A DNA stretch of 64,000 nucleotides from Epiperipatus broadwayi (taxonomy: Eukaryota > Animalia > Onychophora): the NCBI GenBank assembly GCA_028023455.1, contig JAQFVV010000005.1, forward strand, positions 5,704,001-5,768,000, in the 5' to 3' direction. Shown here in pieces: positions 1 through 13,296 of this stretch (within the stretch, counting starts at the first letter, position 1; each line of letters opens with the position of its first letter). The translations under genes were made by a program, and so were the position numbers. Under the pieces are notes generated by a model. The model was not told the origin of the DNA, searched no databases, and saw only the letters and a list, made by a program, of their open reading frames with translations.

Positions 1-477
1 TTAAAATAATAATATGCTTAATGAAATGTTTAATCATTAATTGAACACTTTTTTCAATTTAATCTTTATTTTTTTAAACTGGAGTTTAAAATAACAAATT
101 AATTTTTCCCCCACAGGAACTCATTATAATTGCTTATTTTTATGTAATATTTTAGTTTATGAGACATTTGGAGGACCAGTTAGCCTCACTGTATTCTTAA
201 ACAAATGATAAAAGACTCTGCAAATGAGTTAGTATAGTTTCTTGTATAAGTCTAAAAGAAATATGTAATCGGGGATTCAATTGCCCATACTGATATATAT
301 ATATAAAAGTCAAATGTTACATGACACACACATATATATATAGCTTGCATTTACAAATATGTAAAATTAAGAGTGTCCTAATAGCTTTAAACAATTTTTT
401 TTTTTTAAAAAAAAATTTTATGATAAATACTGCTACAAGAGAAGGCATTCAAATAATCTTTATTTAGGATTGTCCCT

Positions 478-520
478 ATCCCAAGACTGGTTTTGAGCTA
501 TGGCTCTCTTCAGTGAAGAG
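478..520 (-). ncRNA. Type-I hammerhead motif, degenerate (GAAA to AAAA)
   Basis: Minus strand reads CTGAAGA GAGC-CATA-GCTC AAAA C CA GTC. Confidence 0.6.
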
Positions 521-1165
521 CTAGGATACCAGATTCAAAAAACCAACTCAAGCTAAGCATTTATCTAATAGTTAACTTTCAATAAGAAAATCCAAACCCT
601 TTAGACATCTACACATCTTTAAAGTCAGCTCTCCAACTGAAAAAATCATATGGGCCTGAACTTAATTCAGATACACCATATATTAATAGGCTTAGTCATT
701 TAATTTAGCCAAATCCCCCAACAGCAAAATAATAATAATAGAAAGTCATATGTCATATGACTTATATACATAGCTTGCATTTACAAGTATGTAAAATTAA
801 GAAGGCCTTCTCTTGTAGTAGCATTTATCATAAAAAAATTTTAAAAAAGCTTGTTTACAGCTTATTAGCACTCACTTAATTTTACATATTTGTAAATGCA
901 AGCTATATATATATATATGTCATGTGACATCTGAGTTTCTATTATTACTATTATTATTTTGCCATTGGGGATTTTAGCTAAATTAAATGGCTAAGCCTAT
1001 TAATATATGGAGTATCTGAATTAAGTTCAGACCCATATGATTTTTTCGGTTGGAGAGCTGACTTTAAAAACCTGTAGATGTCTAAATGTTTCAGATCTTC
1101 TTATTGAAAGTTAACTATTAGATAAATGCTTAACTTGAGTTGGTTTTTTGAATCTGGTGTTCTAG

Positions 1166-1208
1166 CTTCTCACTGAAGAGAGCCATAGTTCAAAACCAGT
1201 CTAGGGAT
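1166..1208 (+). ncRNA. Type-I hammerhead motif, degenerate (GAAA to AAAA)
   Basis: TTCTCA CTGAAGA GAGC-CATA-GTTC AAAA C CA GTC TAGGGA. Confidence 0.6.
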
Positions 1209-1929
1209 AGGGACAATCCTAGATAAAGATAATTTGAATGCCTTCTTTTGTAGTAGCATTTATTAAAAAAAAATTTTTTTAAAAAGCTTGTTTAAAGCTT
1301 ATTATCACACTCTTAATTATATATATATGTGTAGAAATATCAGTTACATTTTCATATTAAAAAAATTTCTATCAGATGTTAACAAATAGTAATCAAGGAA
1401 AATAATAAACTGTAAAAACTTAAAGCCATGTGATTGTTTACTTTATTTATTTACCATAGAGGAAAAAAAATGCAATTATATTATACTACTGATATATTCA
1501 TTGAGGATACATCTTTTACATATTGTTGTATATAAAAAAGATCTTTTCATCTTTAAAGACAACAATATTAAATTATTAGTGAATTTTAACTCATATTATA
1601 ATGCACCAAAATATGTATGCTAATATTAATTTATAGTAATTAGTTATTATGGAAAACAGGTTTTATCATAATGAAGATAAAATTTACTGCTACAAAACTG
1701 AAGAAATATATAAATCTTTTCCACATTTTGTAAATGTTTCTCAATTTGTCATTATTTGAAATGCAACATATGTAATCAAATTTAATAATAAGTGTTACTA
1801 TTACTAATAATAGTAATAATAATCATAATAGTAACAATAATATAACAGTCTTTAAAAAACTTAAAATATTATAAAACTACTTTGCTCTCGTCATTTCTTT
1901 GCAACCTAGTATAAGCTTTAATAATCATT

Positions 1930-2060
1930 ATATGTCAGATAGTAGTGCTTATTAAAACCCAATCAAATGATGTCCTACATAATAACCACAGATTAATTTC
2001 TAGCATATGTCTTTCATCAGTGAGGAGCAGTGCACCTAAAATCTTTTGGATCTAATGCAT
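1930..2060 (-). mobile_element. Family D HHR-element remnant (HHR ~1986-2026)
   Basis: Minus strand: TCCTCA CTGATGA AAGACATATGCTA GAAA; similar to 41936-41977. Confidence 0.55.
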
Positions 2061-5000
2061 CTATTCGCTAGTAGCTGTCTTTTACTTTCTTTGTTTTTTG
2101 TCAAGCTACAAGTCCAAATTTTAAAAAAAAAACCATGTTGATGTTTTCAATCCAAGCTAGTTTGCTTGTATAAGATAGGAAACCATTGGATGGAGATTTG
2201 ATAAGCACTACCATTTTCATATCAATTATTACATTAGATGGCAAAAAAGTGGTGAGAGAAAAAGAATTTGCTGCTGAACAGCATGATGTAAGAAGGGGGT
2301 CATGTGATGTTTTGTTGGTATTACAAATTCTTGTAGAATAAAATAAAATCTTCACAAGAGTCTTATGAGAAGCATAGCAGATGCAATAGCTAATAGTTCC
2401 CAGATTGCAATCTCAAGTAAAGTAAAAAAAAATCCATTTTGGTTAATTGAGTTGAAATTTGTACTCATCTGGGATACTTTGATGCTTTTGAGAGATTTTT
2501 TTTTTTTTTAGTTTACATAATTCAATTTAGAAGTAATAAAAAAGACAATGAGAACTAATGATTACAATTTATAAAATATTATATGTATCAAAATTCATTA
2601 AAATAGATTATTAAATTTATAGTAAAGCTTATCATATTAAATTCATGAAGTATCAAGAAAGACAAAAAAGTAGACTATATGTAGTGGTTAAGCAAGTTAT
2701 TATACAGTAAGAAAAGTATTTGTTCTTGTTTTTAACTACAGAAGTGAGATTTATGACATCTTCCAATTCACAATCACCAAATTTTTCTATCAATTCAGAA
2801 ATCTTTCTGAAATTTTTTTTCTTTAATTTTTCTATTTCTTTCCACCAACTTTTTTTTTTTTTGGACATTCTCTCTTTTAGATTTTGATAGTATTCGGTTT
2901 AATATTTATTCTACTAATCTTTTACTGAATTAAAAATGTCATATATTATAATAATTTATTATAAAATAGAAAGAGCAGTTATAAAAATATTGATTATTAA
3001 TTTATTGAACAAAATATAAGAATGAATATAAATGTAGGAATTCAGAAGCAAGGGATCTGCCATGTTTCAGAGTGGAAAATCCTAACAGATTACTAATCTG
3101 TGTGAATTAAAAAATAAGAAAGATGGTAATAAACTAAGAGATACATCTGTATGTTGTTATTTAAAACCATACAATAGAATTTTTCTCAAATGACTGCAGA
3201 AATATCTAGAATTAACTATTATAAGCATAACTTTTATTAAGCAATTAATAAATTTATTTAATAATATATGTATAAAGATAAAAATAGGAAGTACTGATTC
3301 TGTTAATATAAGGGTAACAAGAATATTCATGTAATAATGTTGTTTATCACCTATATTATTAAAAATATATCTAGAACACATTCTTAAAATATGGAAAAGG
3401 AAATATTAAAAAATAGGAATTTCTATAAATAATAATAAAAATAATGAGATATTCAACAATAGTTTGGGTTCAGAGTAAGATGATTTGAATTATGTGTCTT
3501 GAAATTAATAAAAAATTAAATAAATATAAAAAATGTGTATTAGGAAAATGCAATAGTAAATATTATTGGATTAATAACAGGTTGAAAAATATAAGGAATA
3601 TAAGTATGTAGTATTACACGAAGGGATTAACAGGTGGAACTATAACATAAAAAGATATAATGAACAGGAAAGCTATAGCAATAATAAATATTATATTACA
3701 GGATTAGAATATATCAAAATAAATACAAATATGGTAGTGAGATCAGCTAAAAAATGTGTATTTTTGGAGAAAAAATTGTGATTTAATATTGGAAAGATAT
3801 TCAACAGATTGAAATATATGAACATTATAACAATCCAGTCATAAAGATCACCCAGATAAGGCAGAGAAGAAGTTGTCAACTATAGAAATGAATTATAATA
3901 AAGAGAATTTGACAAATGAAATTGATACTGAAAACACTACAGACAGAACAAAACAATTGGAATGTCTCATAAAAGATTACCACATTAATTATTAAACTAG
4001 ATATCATCATAAAAGAGAGAAAGAGGATGACCAAAAAACAATTGTCAAAAAGAAATTCAGAAAAATTTAGAGAAATAAATTCCAGGAATTTGTGGACTGA
4101 CAGAAAGGTATGGTGATTGGAATTTGGAAGGTGTTGTAGGCATTATAAACTAATTAATAAAGGAATTTAAAATTCTTAAATGGAGTATAAGTTTTATGGA
4201 TGGCAAAAGAGAAAAGTTGAAAGTTTTGGAAAGTAGTTAGAAGCAAATAGGGGAGGGGGTCAACAGTTAAATAGATTGAGTTAGTAGTGTAGAAGTATGG
4301 AAAAAAGTAGATGAAAAAAACTTTTTAAAATTAAATGAATTATGGAAGATACATTGGAGAAATGTATTTAAACTTGAAACAAAACAAGTTGTAAAAAAAT
4401 ATGTGCATTAGGCTCTCAGCAAAAACTACAATTAGGACCAAATATTAAATTCTTGATTACCATTGGTGATAGTTTTCTGTTATTTGCCACATCATTAATA
4501 AAATCTATTTCTGTATCATAATTTTTAGAACTACATTATAAATTTCAATAAGTCCTTTGAAAATCCTAAAAATTAGAGAAGTAATAGTAGTATTTTGAGA
4601 TGTTATGAAAAGCATACTTTATAGGAAATAATTGATTTTTGGTATCTGATCATTCCCTAGTGTGAATTATATTTGTTTTTCCTACTGTGAAGTACCTTGT
4701 GAAAAAGGCAAAAGATGAGCGATATGACTCTGACCATTAACATCGAAAGCATGCTAAGCAAATTCTAACCATAATAAGAACTGTATTGCCTTTTCTTGGT
4801 TAAACATTCAAAATGTTTACATCTATATAAATGAAATTAAAGAGAATAAACCACTCCCCCTTAGATTTTGAATAAATAATTATTGACATATTAGAAAAGC
4901 ATCAAGAATAGAATGTATCCATCTAGAAAAAATGTATTCATTATATTCTTGATCTTTTGCTAACATACCAAGAATTATTTATTCATAGTCCTGAGTGTAA

Positions 5001-5299
5001 ATGGTTTATTTTCTTTAATAAAAATACTTCTGTTAAACAGCACCTCAGTCCAGACAAATAAATAATACATCAGAAAAAGACAATTAACCACCAAGATTCA
5101 TTTCTGCTAAATTAGTATCATCAGTTGGGTTCAAGACTGTCTTCATCATTCATTATTTATTCATGGAATTATGACATAAATCCCAAACATCCAATTTTTG
5201 CACATTATTACTGCCTTTGCATATAAATAGACTAATTTTATTTATAACTATTTAATAATCTTTAACTAGTAAATTATATAAAATTGGTATATTTATGTA

Positions 5300-6090
5300 A
5301 TAAAATGGCTATCACTATTTTATTAGTATTCAGTTGGCCATTAAATAATTTTACATAGCATTCATAAAATTATTATCATTTCAAGATAACAATTCTGTTT
5401 TCGATGATACAAGCTAAAGAACAGGAATTATTTCAATGCAAAACTAAAGCATGGCATGGCAACATTTTATTTAAAGATTATCTTCAACATTCTACTGTTC
5501 AGATTTCTGAAAACAATAAATTTTTTCTCTCAATTATCTGATAAAATAAACTTTATAAAGCAAATAAGTTTGCTAGCTGATGGTTATCATTCTTGATCGA
5601 TATATGTTTTAATATTTGTTGCTAAATCATCAGATAAACATTATATTTTCAGCTAATAGATTAGGTAGCTTTATTATAGTTGCCAAAAATATAGTTGAAT
5701 TATTTATCTGACTATAATCTATCTTAATATAACAAGAGCAAAAAAATATTCATCAGTATTAAGCCTTGCACTATTTTTTAGATTTTGTCGCTCTTCAAAC
5801 TGGGTACACAATCTTATCAAGCCCCGCAAACAGTAATACATTTGTTCTATTACCTAAACAAAAGAACTTTGAACAGAGTTAATTAGCATTGAGTTGAGAT
5901 GTTTCAATTTTGTTGGACAGAGGACTAATTGTTTTGTCGTATGATAACTTACAGAAAATAATATATTTTACTGTTTCACTGGTGATAACATTACACTTTG
6001 CTGCTTTTGCTACTGTAGCTTTTTTGAAAAAGATTGATGCACTATAATTCATTTTATAAAATCTCTATTATCATTATATGATCACTATTT
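5300..6090 (-). pseudogene. Heavily decayed CR1/L2-like reverse transcriptase remnant
   Basis: Frameshifted translation gives ...TIFLATIIKLPNLLAENIMF/SDDLA, resembling the LFLIYINDLP...MFADD RT motif; many stops. Confidence 0.35.
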
Positions 6091-6124
6091 TACAAACCTG
6101 TCATAACTATAGTATAAAACACCC

Positions 6125-6320
6125 AAGATCTAGGCTCAGTTCTCTTAGATCCAAGGCTTCTCACTGATGAATGCCACAAGCTAGAAACTAGTCTGGAGAT
6201 ATTGGATAAGTAGGCCCTAAATAGAGATTTTATGCACAAACCTTCTTGCATCTATTGATTACTAAAACTTGCACTGAATGGCACTACTATATGAAGAGTT
6301 TGCTCTGTTTAATCCATTTT
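6125..6320 (+). mobile_element. Family D HHR-element (HHR 6158-6199)
   Basis: TTCTCA CTGATGA ATGCCACAAGCTA GAAAC TA GTC TGGAGA; downstream sequence colinear with 42055-42170. Confidence 0.75.
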
Positions 6321-7389
6321 ATAGAGTTTGAATTGAAGTTGACCAATATTTTGAGGTACTCATATATATAAAAAAAAATCACTTTACTTTTTATTCCAGA
6401 AGACGGATAGAAGTTATTGCTATTGATAACATAAAAATGCTCTTATTAGACAAAGTCGTTTCTTGTTGATTTTGTTTTGTAGGAAGATTGAGCAAATAAC
6501 AATGCCATTTATTTTACTTTTTAAAAAATCTAAGAATACTGATGTACTTAAACTACCCTTTCTCTCTCTGGATGAGATTGAACATTCTTTGCACTGTTTT
6601 GTGATACTTTTGCAGGAAGCAATACCACGTGCTCTTGATTGTTTTGATATTGTATGCAAAGATTTCTGATATTGATGCCTTAAAAATTCTCACACTGGAT
6701 GATCACTTCTTGCCTCAGAATACTATATGCTGAAATATATAGTTAATATGTTAACAAATCGTTTTTATTTTCTTAGCAAAAAGCCGATCATATATCCTAC
6801 CGTTGTGAACTAGCTTACTCACACAACATTAAATATTATTATTATAATGTAATCTTTATTAAATTTTTTAAAGTTTCACACATTGGAAAAAAATAAAGCG
6901 TTTATTTATTTATTTTTTTAAAAAAGCAATAGTTATAAAACAATTGTTTTATTATAAAAAATTAAAAAAAAAATTGTCATAGAAACCAACAAAGCAATAT
7001 TGATTATAAATTGTTATGAAAGAATAGTAAATTGTTTTAAAATAACTAACATTGCTAAAAGCATTAGAATGAACAATAAGCTAGAAGATTTTAAATAAAT
7101 AATGTTAGTGAAATGAGATTAGATGATATTTATAAATGTACAAACACAAAGTATTAAAACATTTGTTAATATAGCTTGATTTTAAATAAACAATTTACGC
7201 ACAGCATTATTACATTTCTTAGTCGGATGGATTCACAAATTTCCAAGGCATCAAATTTGCATACAGAGTCAATTGTGATACAAATCATTTATTAGCTACA
7301 AATAATATTTGTTAGAATACAAAATGTACTATAACTGTTTACAGTCAAGCAAGCATAATGGTTGTTAGTGTGAGTTTAATATTTAAATA

Positions 7390-7690
7390 CAAGTTTCAAG
7401 CTCCCTTCAATCAGTCCATTCCATCTTATACAACAGTTACACATAACCACATACATGTGAAAAAGATAAATAATCTCCAGTGTACATATTTCATGCTAAG
7501 CTAGCACTCATTAATTGGTCCAGATCATCATCTACAAACACATATATAATTAGTGCTTGATTTATATCAAGATGATCCGGACCAACTGATGAGTGCTAGT
7601 CCAGCATGAAATATGTATATTGGAGATCATTTATCTTTTTCACATATATATGGTTAAGTGTATCAGATGTTTAAGATTGAATGATGACTG
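7390..7690. mobile_element. Family C HHR-element as a fold-back (arms ~7425-7531 and ~7571-7680)
   Basis: Inverted arms around a 40-bp spacer; the same spacer follows the copy at 35733-35830. Confidence 0.75.
7582..7623 (+). ncRNA. Type-I hammerhead ribozyme, near intact
   Basis: CCAA CTGATGA GTGCT-AGTCC-AGCAT GAAA TATGTA TA TTGG: stem I CCAA/TTGG, stem II 5 bp, near-palindromic stem III. Confidence 0.8.
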
Positions 7691-7844
7691 AAAGGATTGA
7701 AAGTGTGACTTTAATAGTAAGTTTGATTGACCAGAAATATCTCTATTCGATAATCAGTATGCTATTTAATTTTTTGGCTTAATATAATGATTTTGCCACA
7801 ATAAACCTTTTACTCATTCCTTTGATATATGCAAATAGTACTTA

Positions 7845-8340
7845 TGGCTGTCATCATCATCACCATCAAACATTCACAAATGGGTATGATCATTCTAATT
7901 CCAAAATAAAAAATAAAAATTTATAGAAAATAAAAAATAACTCTACACTAGAGATGACTTTTGCAATGGTCATCAATCTGTGACCATGAATATATCCATA
8001 TACAAGAAAATTGGCCATTTTTCTGTTTAATTGGTATTTTGTGATGCTCCTTTTTAATTTCTTTTAATTAATGAAAATATTTCTTTCTAAAATAACTTGA
8101 ACTTAACTTCTCAACATATTCTTTTCTCTGCCATATCATTCCAATGAAAGTAGTCAACATTGAACTTCTTCAAAATATCTTTGAGATAATCCTTACAACA
8201 TAAATGAGTCTTTTTTTCATGAAAAAACTTGCTTATATTCTATAAAACACCCTTTTAGAATGTTTTGTGTTGTTTGTTGTTTTGCATGCCCAAACCAACA
8301 AAGGTATGATTTACAACAGTGGGGTATATATTATCATAAC
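7845..8340 (-). mobile_element. RTE-clade LINE 3' end, decayed
   Basis: Minus translation LCWFGHAK... (RTE LRWFGHV motif); ends in a (GAT)n-type tail near 7850. Confidence 0.55.
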
Positions 8341-8769
8341 CACATGTTGAAGTATATATATTGATTGATTATATAATCTTGCCATTGTATTTTTAAAATT
8401 TTACAGATTACCCTTTTATATTGTGAAGATAAAGTTTGTACATCTCATTTCTGTAAAAAAAAAAAAAGAAGGTAAATAACAGTTCAACATATTGTTTTAA
8501 TTTCTCAAAAGAAGCAGAACATTAGAGTCTGTTCTTTACATGACTGCAAGACATTTAGACAGATTAGAATATTGAGTTATATGAAATAACTTACATAAAT
8601 GATAACAATAGTTTAAACATGAATTTTGAACCAGATGGTTAGACATGTTTAAGTATGAACCAAAGCAAAATCACAGTATTTAAATAGACAAAATTAAATC
8701 ATCAGATAGTAAAAGCCTAATATGTCTATGAAGATATTTTAATGTTGCACAATTATATTATAACAAAAT

Positions 8770-10900
8770 CAGAGCTATCTACTGTACCGGTCGAAAATGT
8801 ATGTCCATCCGACAAGATTTAGAATCTAAGCAAAAGTACCCCGAATCCAATCATGCACGAGATACACAGGTCAGGAGCAATCATGAATTCTAACCTATTT
8901 GCCCATTCCCCAAATCTATAACATTATGAACAATACCTATGGTGATACCATATAAATTCATTACATCCCGGCCCAGTGCTACAATGTTTTACATGAGACT
9001 CAACTGGTGATGATGATGAGAGATTGAGTGAACCCAAGATATTAAGTTACGAGTATACATAAATATAAATATTAATAATGAGATTCAAACAACTGGATTA
9101 AGTTTAAAATATAAATATTTATTTTGAACATAATTAAAGATGAATTTTAGATATATAATTGACTCTACGCTTATAAAACTTTGTTTCATTATAAACATTA
9201 AAGAATATTATTAAGATTATGTTGATTTTGACAAATATTAAGCTAGTGCGGCGGTTATAAGAGATGGATTTATCGGAGTGGTTTGGTGGCTGTTTTCTAC
9301 ATAAAAATACATTTATAAAGATACGATCGAGTTTCGCTAATTAAAAGATTTTAATACATAAGTTAATTTTTTTATTTAGATATTTCATTTATAATAATTA
9401 TAATGTGGATACATTTTTGATCGGCAGCATAAAACATTATTTCTTTTATATTTTCAACATTTAACGATGGGATATAGTGAAAACTCAATTGTTGCAGGAA
9501 AGGTTTATTTCAGTAAAGAGGGAGGGCAGCTTCGCGAGAAGTTGGGTTTAAACACCAACAAATAAAGAGAAAATAGAACGTTTTATTACCGCATATCATT
9601 ACGATTTACTTTGCTAAACAGGCTGGAAACTAACTGTAAGAAATGGCAGTGTTGGCATAATATCAGCAAGAGAAAATGGCACATTTGGCCAGGATAAGGT
9701 CATTCTCCAATTTCTTTGTAACAATGGTACACACCAGCTTTTTGCTGAGACGGTACAAGAAGAGAAGGTTCTAGAAGTAAACTTAGACTTCTTTTATGAA
9801 TGAGGATATGAACAATGAGACATTGAATCCCTGGAATGAGGTACAGGCAATTCAAAGCAGTATATATTATATATACTTGGAGAAGAATGACTAACGAAAT
9901 GATCGTGACTCCCTGGAGTGAGGGGTTACCGAGTGAGGTACAGGCGAATCAGATCGAAGCCTTATGCGGCTTATGAATAATTGGAAATATGCTAGCAACG
10001 CTATCATAATAATATAAAATCAATAAATTTAACTATTAAAGAAAATCCTTAAATGGTTTAACAAATACGTAATAACATGCGAGTATAATGACCTACGTAA
10101 TCTACAGTCATTGATTATAAATTAACTAGCATTAATGAAGCTTGCATTGCTTCCCCCTTTCTGGATCAATATTTTGACATAGGAAGCAAAACTACAAGAG
10201 TGCAAATTATCAAACAAATTTAAGTCGCCAGTCTTTGTGGCGATGATGATCAATAAGAAATTTTATAAAACTAACAGACACCAATAGCCACTCCGGATTG
10301 CAAAAATATTTATACATTTCATATAAATTTACATAAAACATTTAGATAAAAAAATATTCATTTAAAGTATAACCCAAACTTACAAAGTATTTAAAATAAT
10401 TAATAAGAACTCATTTTAATTCCCCACCCCTTCCCTTTTTAATAGAAGTTCTTAAGATTAAGTTTTTAATGGCATTTATAAATAAAGTAAGAAAATATAA
10501 AAATATTATTAAACTTAAATCATAACCGCACTAACTGATAAAAATAATACGAAGCGTGAGTTGGATGACATAATAATTAGGCAGCAAAGGATTGATATAA
10601 ATGGTTAACAAAGCTTTAAAAAAAACATTTAAATAGAACGAAATTATTAGCTTACAAATTAAATTACATAGTTAAAAGTGGATAAGGCGGTTATACAGTC
10701 TTTTGGCTGGTTACCTCAGGATTTTTTGGAAGTATTGGGAATCTTCTGTGGCAGGCGGCATTCTTTGGGGCTACATCGTGGCAAGGGTTGGCTGAAGATG
10801 GCAGATAGCAACTTGGCTTTCCAAAATTTCAAACGGATGTGAAATCACCTAGAAACGACTGACTCAACTCTAATATAATAGATTTTTAGCTTTATTTATA
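8770..10900. other. CpG-richer island with decayed, compact ORF remnants of unknown origin
   Basis: More CpG than the flanks; ~115-codon + frame (~9467-9820) with 2 stops; overlapping ATGA start/stop; short inverted motifs ~9240-9295 vs ~10270-10300 and ~10520-10535. Confidence 0.3.
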
Positions 10901-11939
10901 TCAGTTTTTGGCCCCTCAGAGAATATTTATTCTAAACTAGATTTTCTGCCTCTAATAGGAGAATCTTTACTCTATTGTTAGTAAAGATTCAGTTTTAAGA
11001 TAACTGTCTAAAATCAATTCAAATCAATTTCCTGTTTGAAAATGGATTTGAATAAAACAATGTTGATAGCTAACTAAAATCCATTAGCTTTGTTTTAGTT
11101 TTTACTTTTTAATTTTAATTTACAATTTCCCTTTTTTAAAATCATGAGACAAACTCTCCACCCCTTTAATTATTTCAGACAGTTATCTTGAATTTATATT
11201 TTGTTTTATGAAAAAATTTATAACATATTAAAATAATAAAAAAAAAAACAATTTTAGAAGACACAATATTATCTAATATCTATAATATACATTTTACATC
11301 AACAAAAAAAAAAAATGGAGCATGATAACATGTGGACTGTGGTAGAATCATGAAACTCGACCTTGAACTAAGGTCGATTGTTTCAATATAGTTTACAAGA
11401 CTACATTTCAGATAAATGATGTAAAAATAAAACAACTCTCTTCCAATTAATTTAATGGTATTGTTAAATGATTAGTCTGAATAATAGGGTGTTTGTGCAA
11501 TTAATCATATGACTATTCTTATTATAAGGTAGCCAAGAATGGTGATGATTGTAAATATATTAGTGTACATTATTGATAAATGGCTCTATATAACTTAACA
11601 CAGTGTTAGAATAGTGAACTCAAAACTAAAAGTTCTGTTCCAAAATAACAAAAAAAAATGAAACAACTTAGTTCTATCAGTTGAATGAAGGTGCTATGTT
11701 CAACCCATCATTAGTTTGTGGTCAAATATCATATGATCTATAATAAACTCCCCATGCAGAAGTGTGGGTATAGCTATTCAAAACTTGATTGCTCCTTACT
11801 AATCATGAATTATTTGAGCTTACTTCATATAGTTAAAGCTTTATTTCATTAGCATATAAAATTCATAATATATATGTGCTTTGTGCACAGATAATGAAGC
11901 TGATAACAGTAAATAAAATAAATATTATACAATTATTAA

Positions 11940-11983
11940 AGCTGAGTGCTTTCAGGAAGATTCATACTCCCATATTCATAGCT
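11940..11983 (-). ncRNA. Variant hammerhead (A3-U8 core)
   Basis: AGCT ATGAATA T GGGAG-TATGAATC-TTCCT GAAA GCAC TC AGCT. Confidence 0.65.
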
Positions 11984-12439
11984 ACTAGAATTTTGTTAAG
12001 AACTATATCAATGTTAATATAAATGTATGCAAATTAATGTAAAGTGACTACAGAAACCATTTTCAAGAAAGAGAAAAGCAGGCCTCTCTTCTATTGATTG
12101 ATGTAAGATCACTTGCTACATTCCTTGACCTTGTGTTTGATGTCATTTCTTTCGGAGCAGACAACACTGACAGTGGTTGGTTAGAAACTATGGCCAGTGG
12201 CTCTCTCATGTTCAGCAAAGATTGAATTACCTTCACATTTAGTTTTAGTCTTATTATAAAGGTATCTATGCTGTGCTACTGTGGTTGCAATGCTGGTCCT
12301 GGTTTCTCTGTAATACAATGCTAGGCAATTTCTTTGGGGGCAAGTAATCTTGTATAAGACTTGAGGAGTAAGTTTTCACTTCAACATGGGTAAAACAATT
12401 ACATCAGGTTAAATACCTTGACATATATGTCAGCAGAAA

Positions 12440-13175
12440 TGCAGATAATCTAGACTACTGTGTGATAGTAAAACCATTTGAAGTATGTGGTTTAACACAC
12501 CCTAGTTTTTACATACCCCAATCCTACAAACTTGCAGACCTCTCTTCCTTTCTATTCAGGAACCATAATTTATGCAAATATGAGGCAGACAAAAGAAATA
12601 ATCTCATCAATTACATTGCAGATTTAGTCAAAATAGGGCATACTCAATCATCTATTAACAGGAAAGTTAATAATTTTTTAATAAGATAAATCACAATCAT
12701 AAGAAAGAAAACAAACCAAGAATTCTCATTCCATACATCCATTCAATAGCTAAAAGTCTTATTAACAAATTCTCTTGCAACATTAATGTCACTTTTCATT
12801 TGCCTCCCACACCAATAGACTCATCAACAACATCAAAGATAGGATCAAACCCCAAACTTACTCCTCAAGTCATATACAAGATCACTTGCCCCCAAAGAAA
12901 TTGCCTAGTATCATATTACAAAGTAACCAAGACCAACATTGAAACCAGAGTAGCACAGCACATATATCTTTATAATAAGACTAAAATAAATCTGAAGATA
13001 ATTCAATCTTTGCTGAACATGAGAGAGCCACTGGCCATAGTTTCCAACCAACCACTGCCATTGTTGTCTGCTCTGAGAGAAATGACATCAAATGCAAGGT
13101 CAGGAAAGCATGCTACATAGCAAGTGATCCTACATCAATCAGTAGAAGAGATGCCTGATTTTCTCTTTCTCGAAA
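12440..13175 (+). pseudogene. PLE RT C-terminus plus GIY-YIG endonuclease (frameshifted)
   Basis: HPSFYIPQSYK..., VIYKITCPQRNCLVSY...TKTNIETRVAQH, CKVRKACYIASDPTSISRRDA. Confidence 0.8.
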
Positions 13176-13252
13176 ATGGTCTCTGTAGTCACTTTACATT
13201 AATTTGCATACATTTGTATTAACATTGGTATATTTATTAACAAAATTCTAGT

Positions 13253-13296
13253 AGCCATGAATATGGGAGTATGAATCCTCCTGAAAGCACTCAGCT
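13253..13296 (+). ncRNA. Variant hammerhead (A3-U8 core)
   Basis: AGCC ATGAATA T GGGAG-TATGAATC-CTCCT GAAA GCAC TC AGCT. Confidence 0.65.

Larger units (their letters stand above)
306..1320. mobile_element. Non-autonomous PLE-derived, HHR-bearing element (family A); tandem plus inverted copies of a ~435-bp unit
   Basis: 805-1320 is the reverse complement of ~306-803. Direct repeats at ~306/742 and ~805/1238 give a ~435-bp period. One HHR per arm. Body resembles 16700-16870. Confidence 0.75.

Noticed and set aside
3380-4400. Purine-rich stretch resembling an L1/Tx1 remnant (also 44480-45030)
   Set aside because: No motif could be recovered with enough certainty to annotate.
6400-6750. Possible host exon(s) (splice-like sites on both strands)
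   Set aside because: No recognisable domain, stops in the extended frames, no partner exons; may belong to the adjacent decayed LINE.
9467-9820. Alternative genetic code (TAA/TAG read as Gln) to explain in-frame stops
   Set aside because: The tRNA and TE content are metazoan, and stops of all three types plus frameshifts occur throughout; simple decay explains them.
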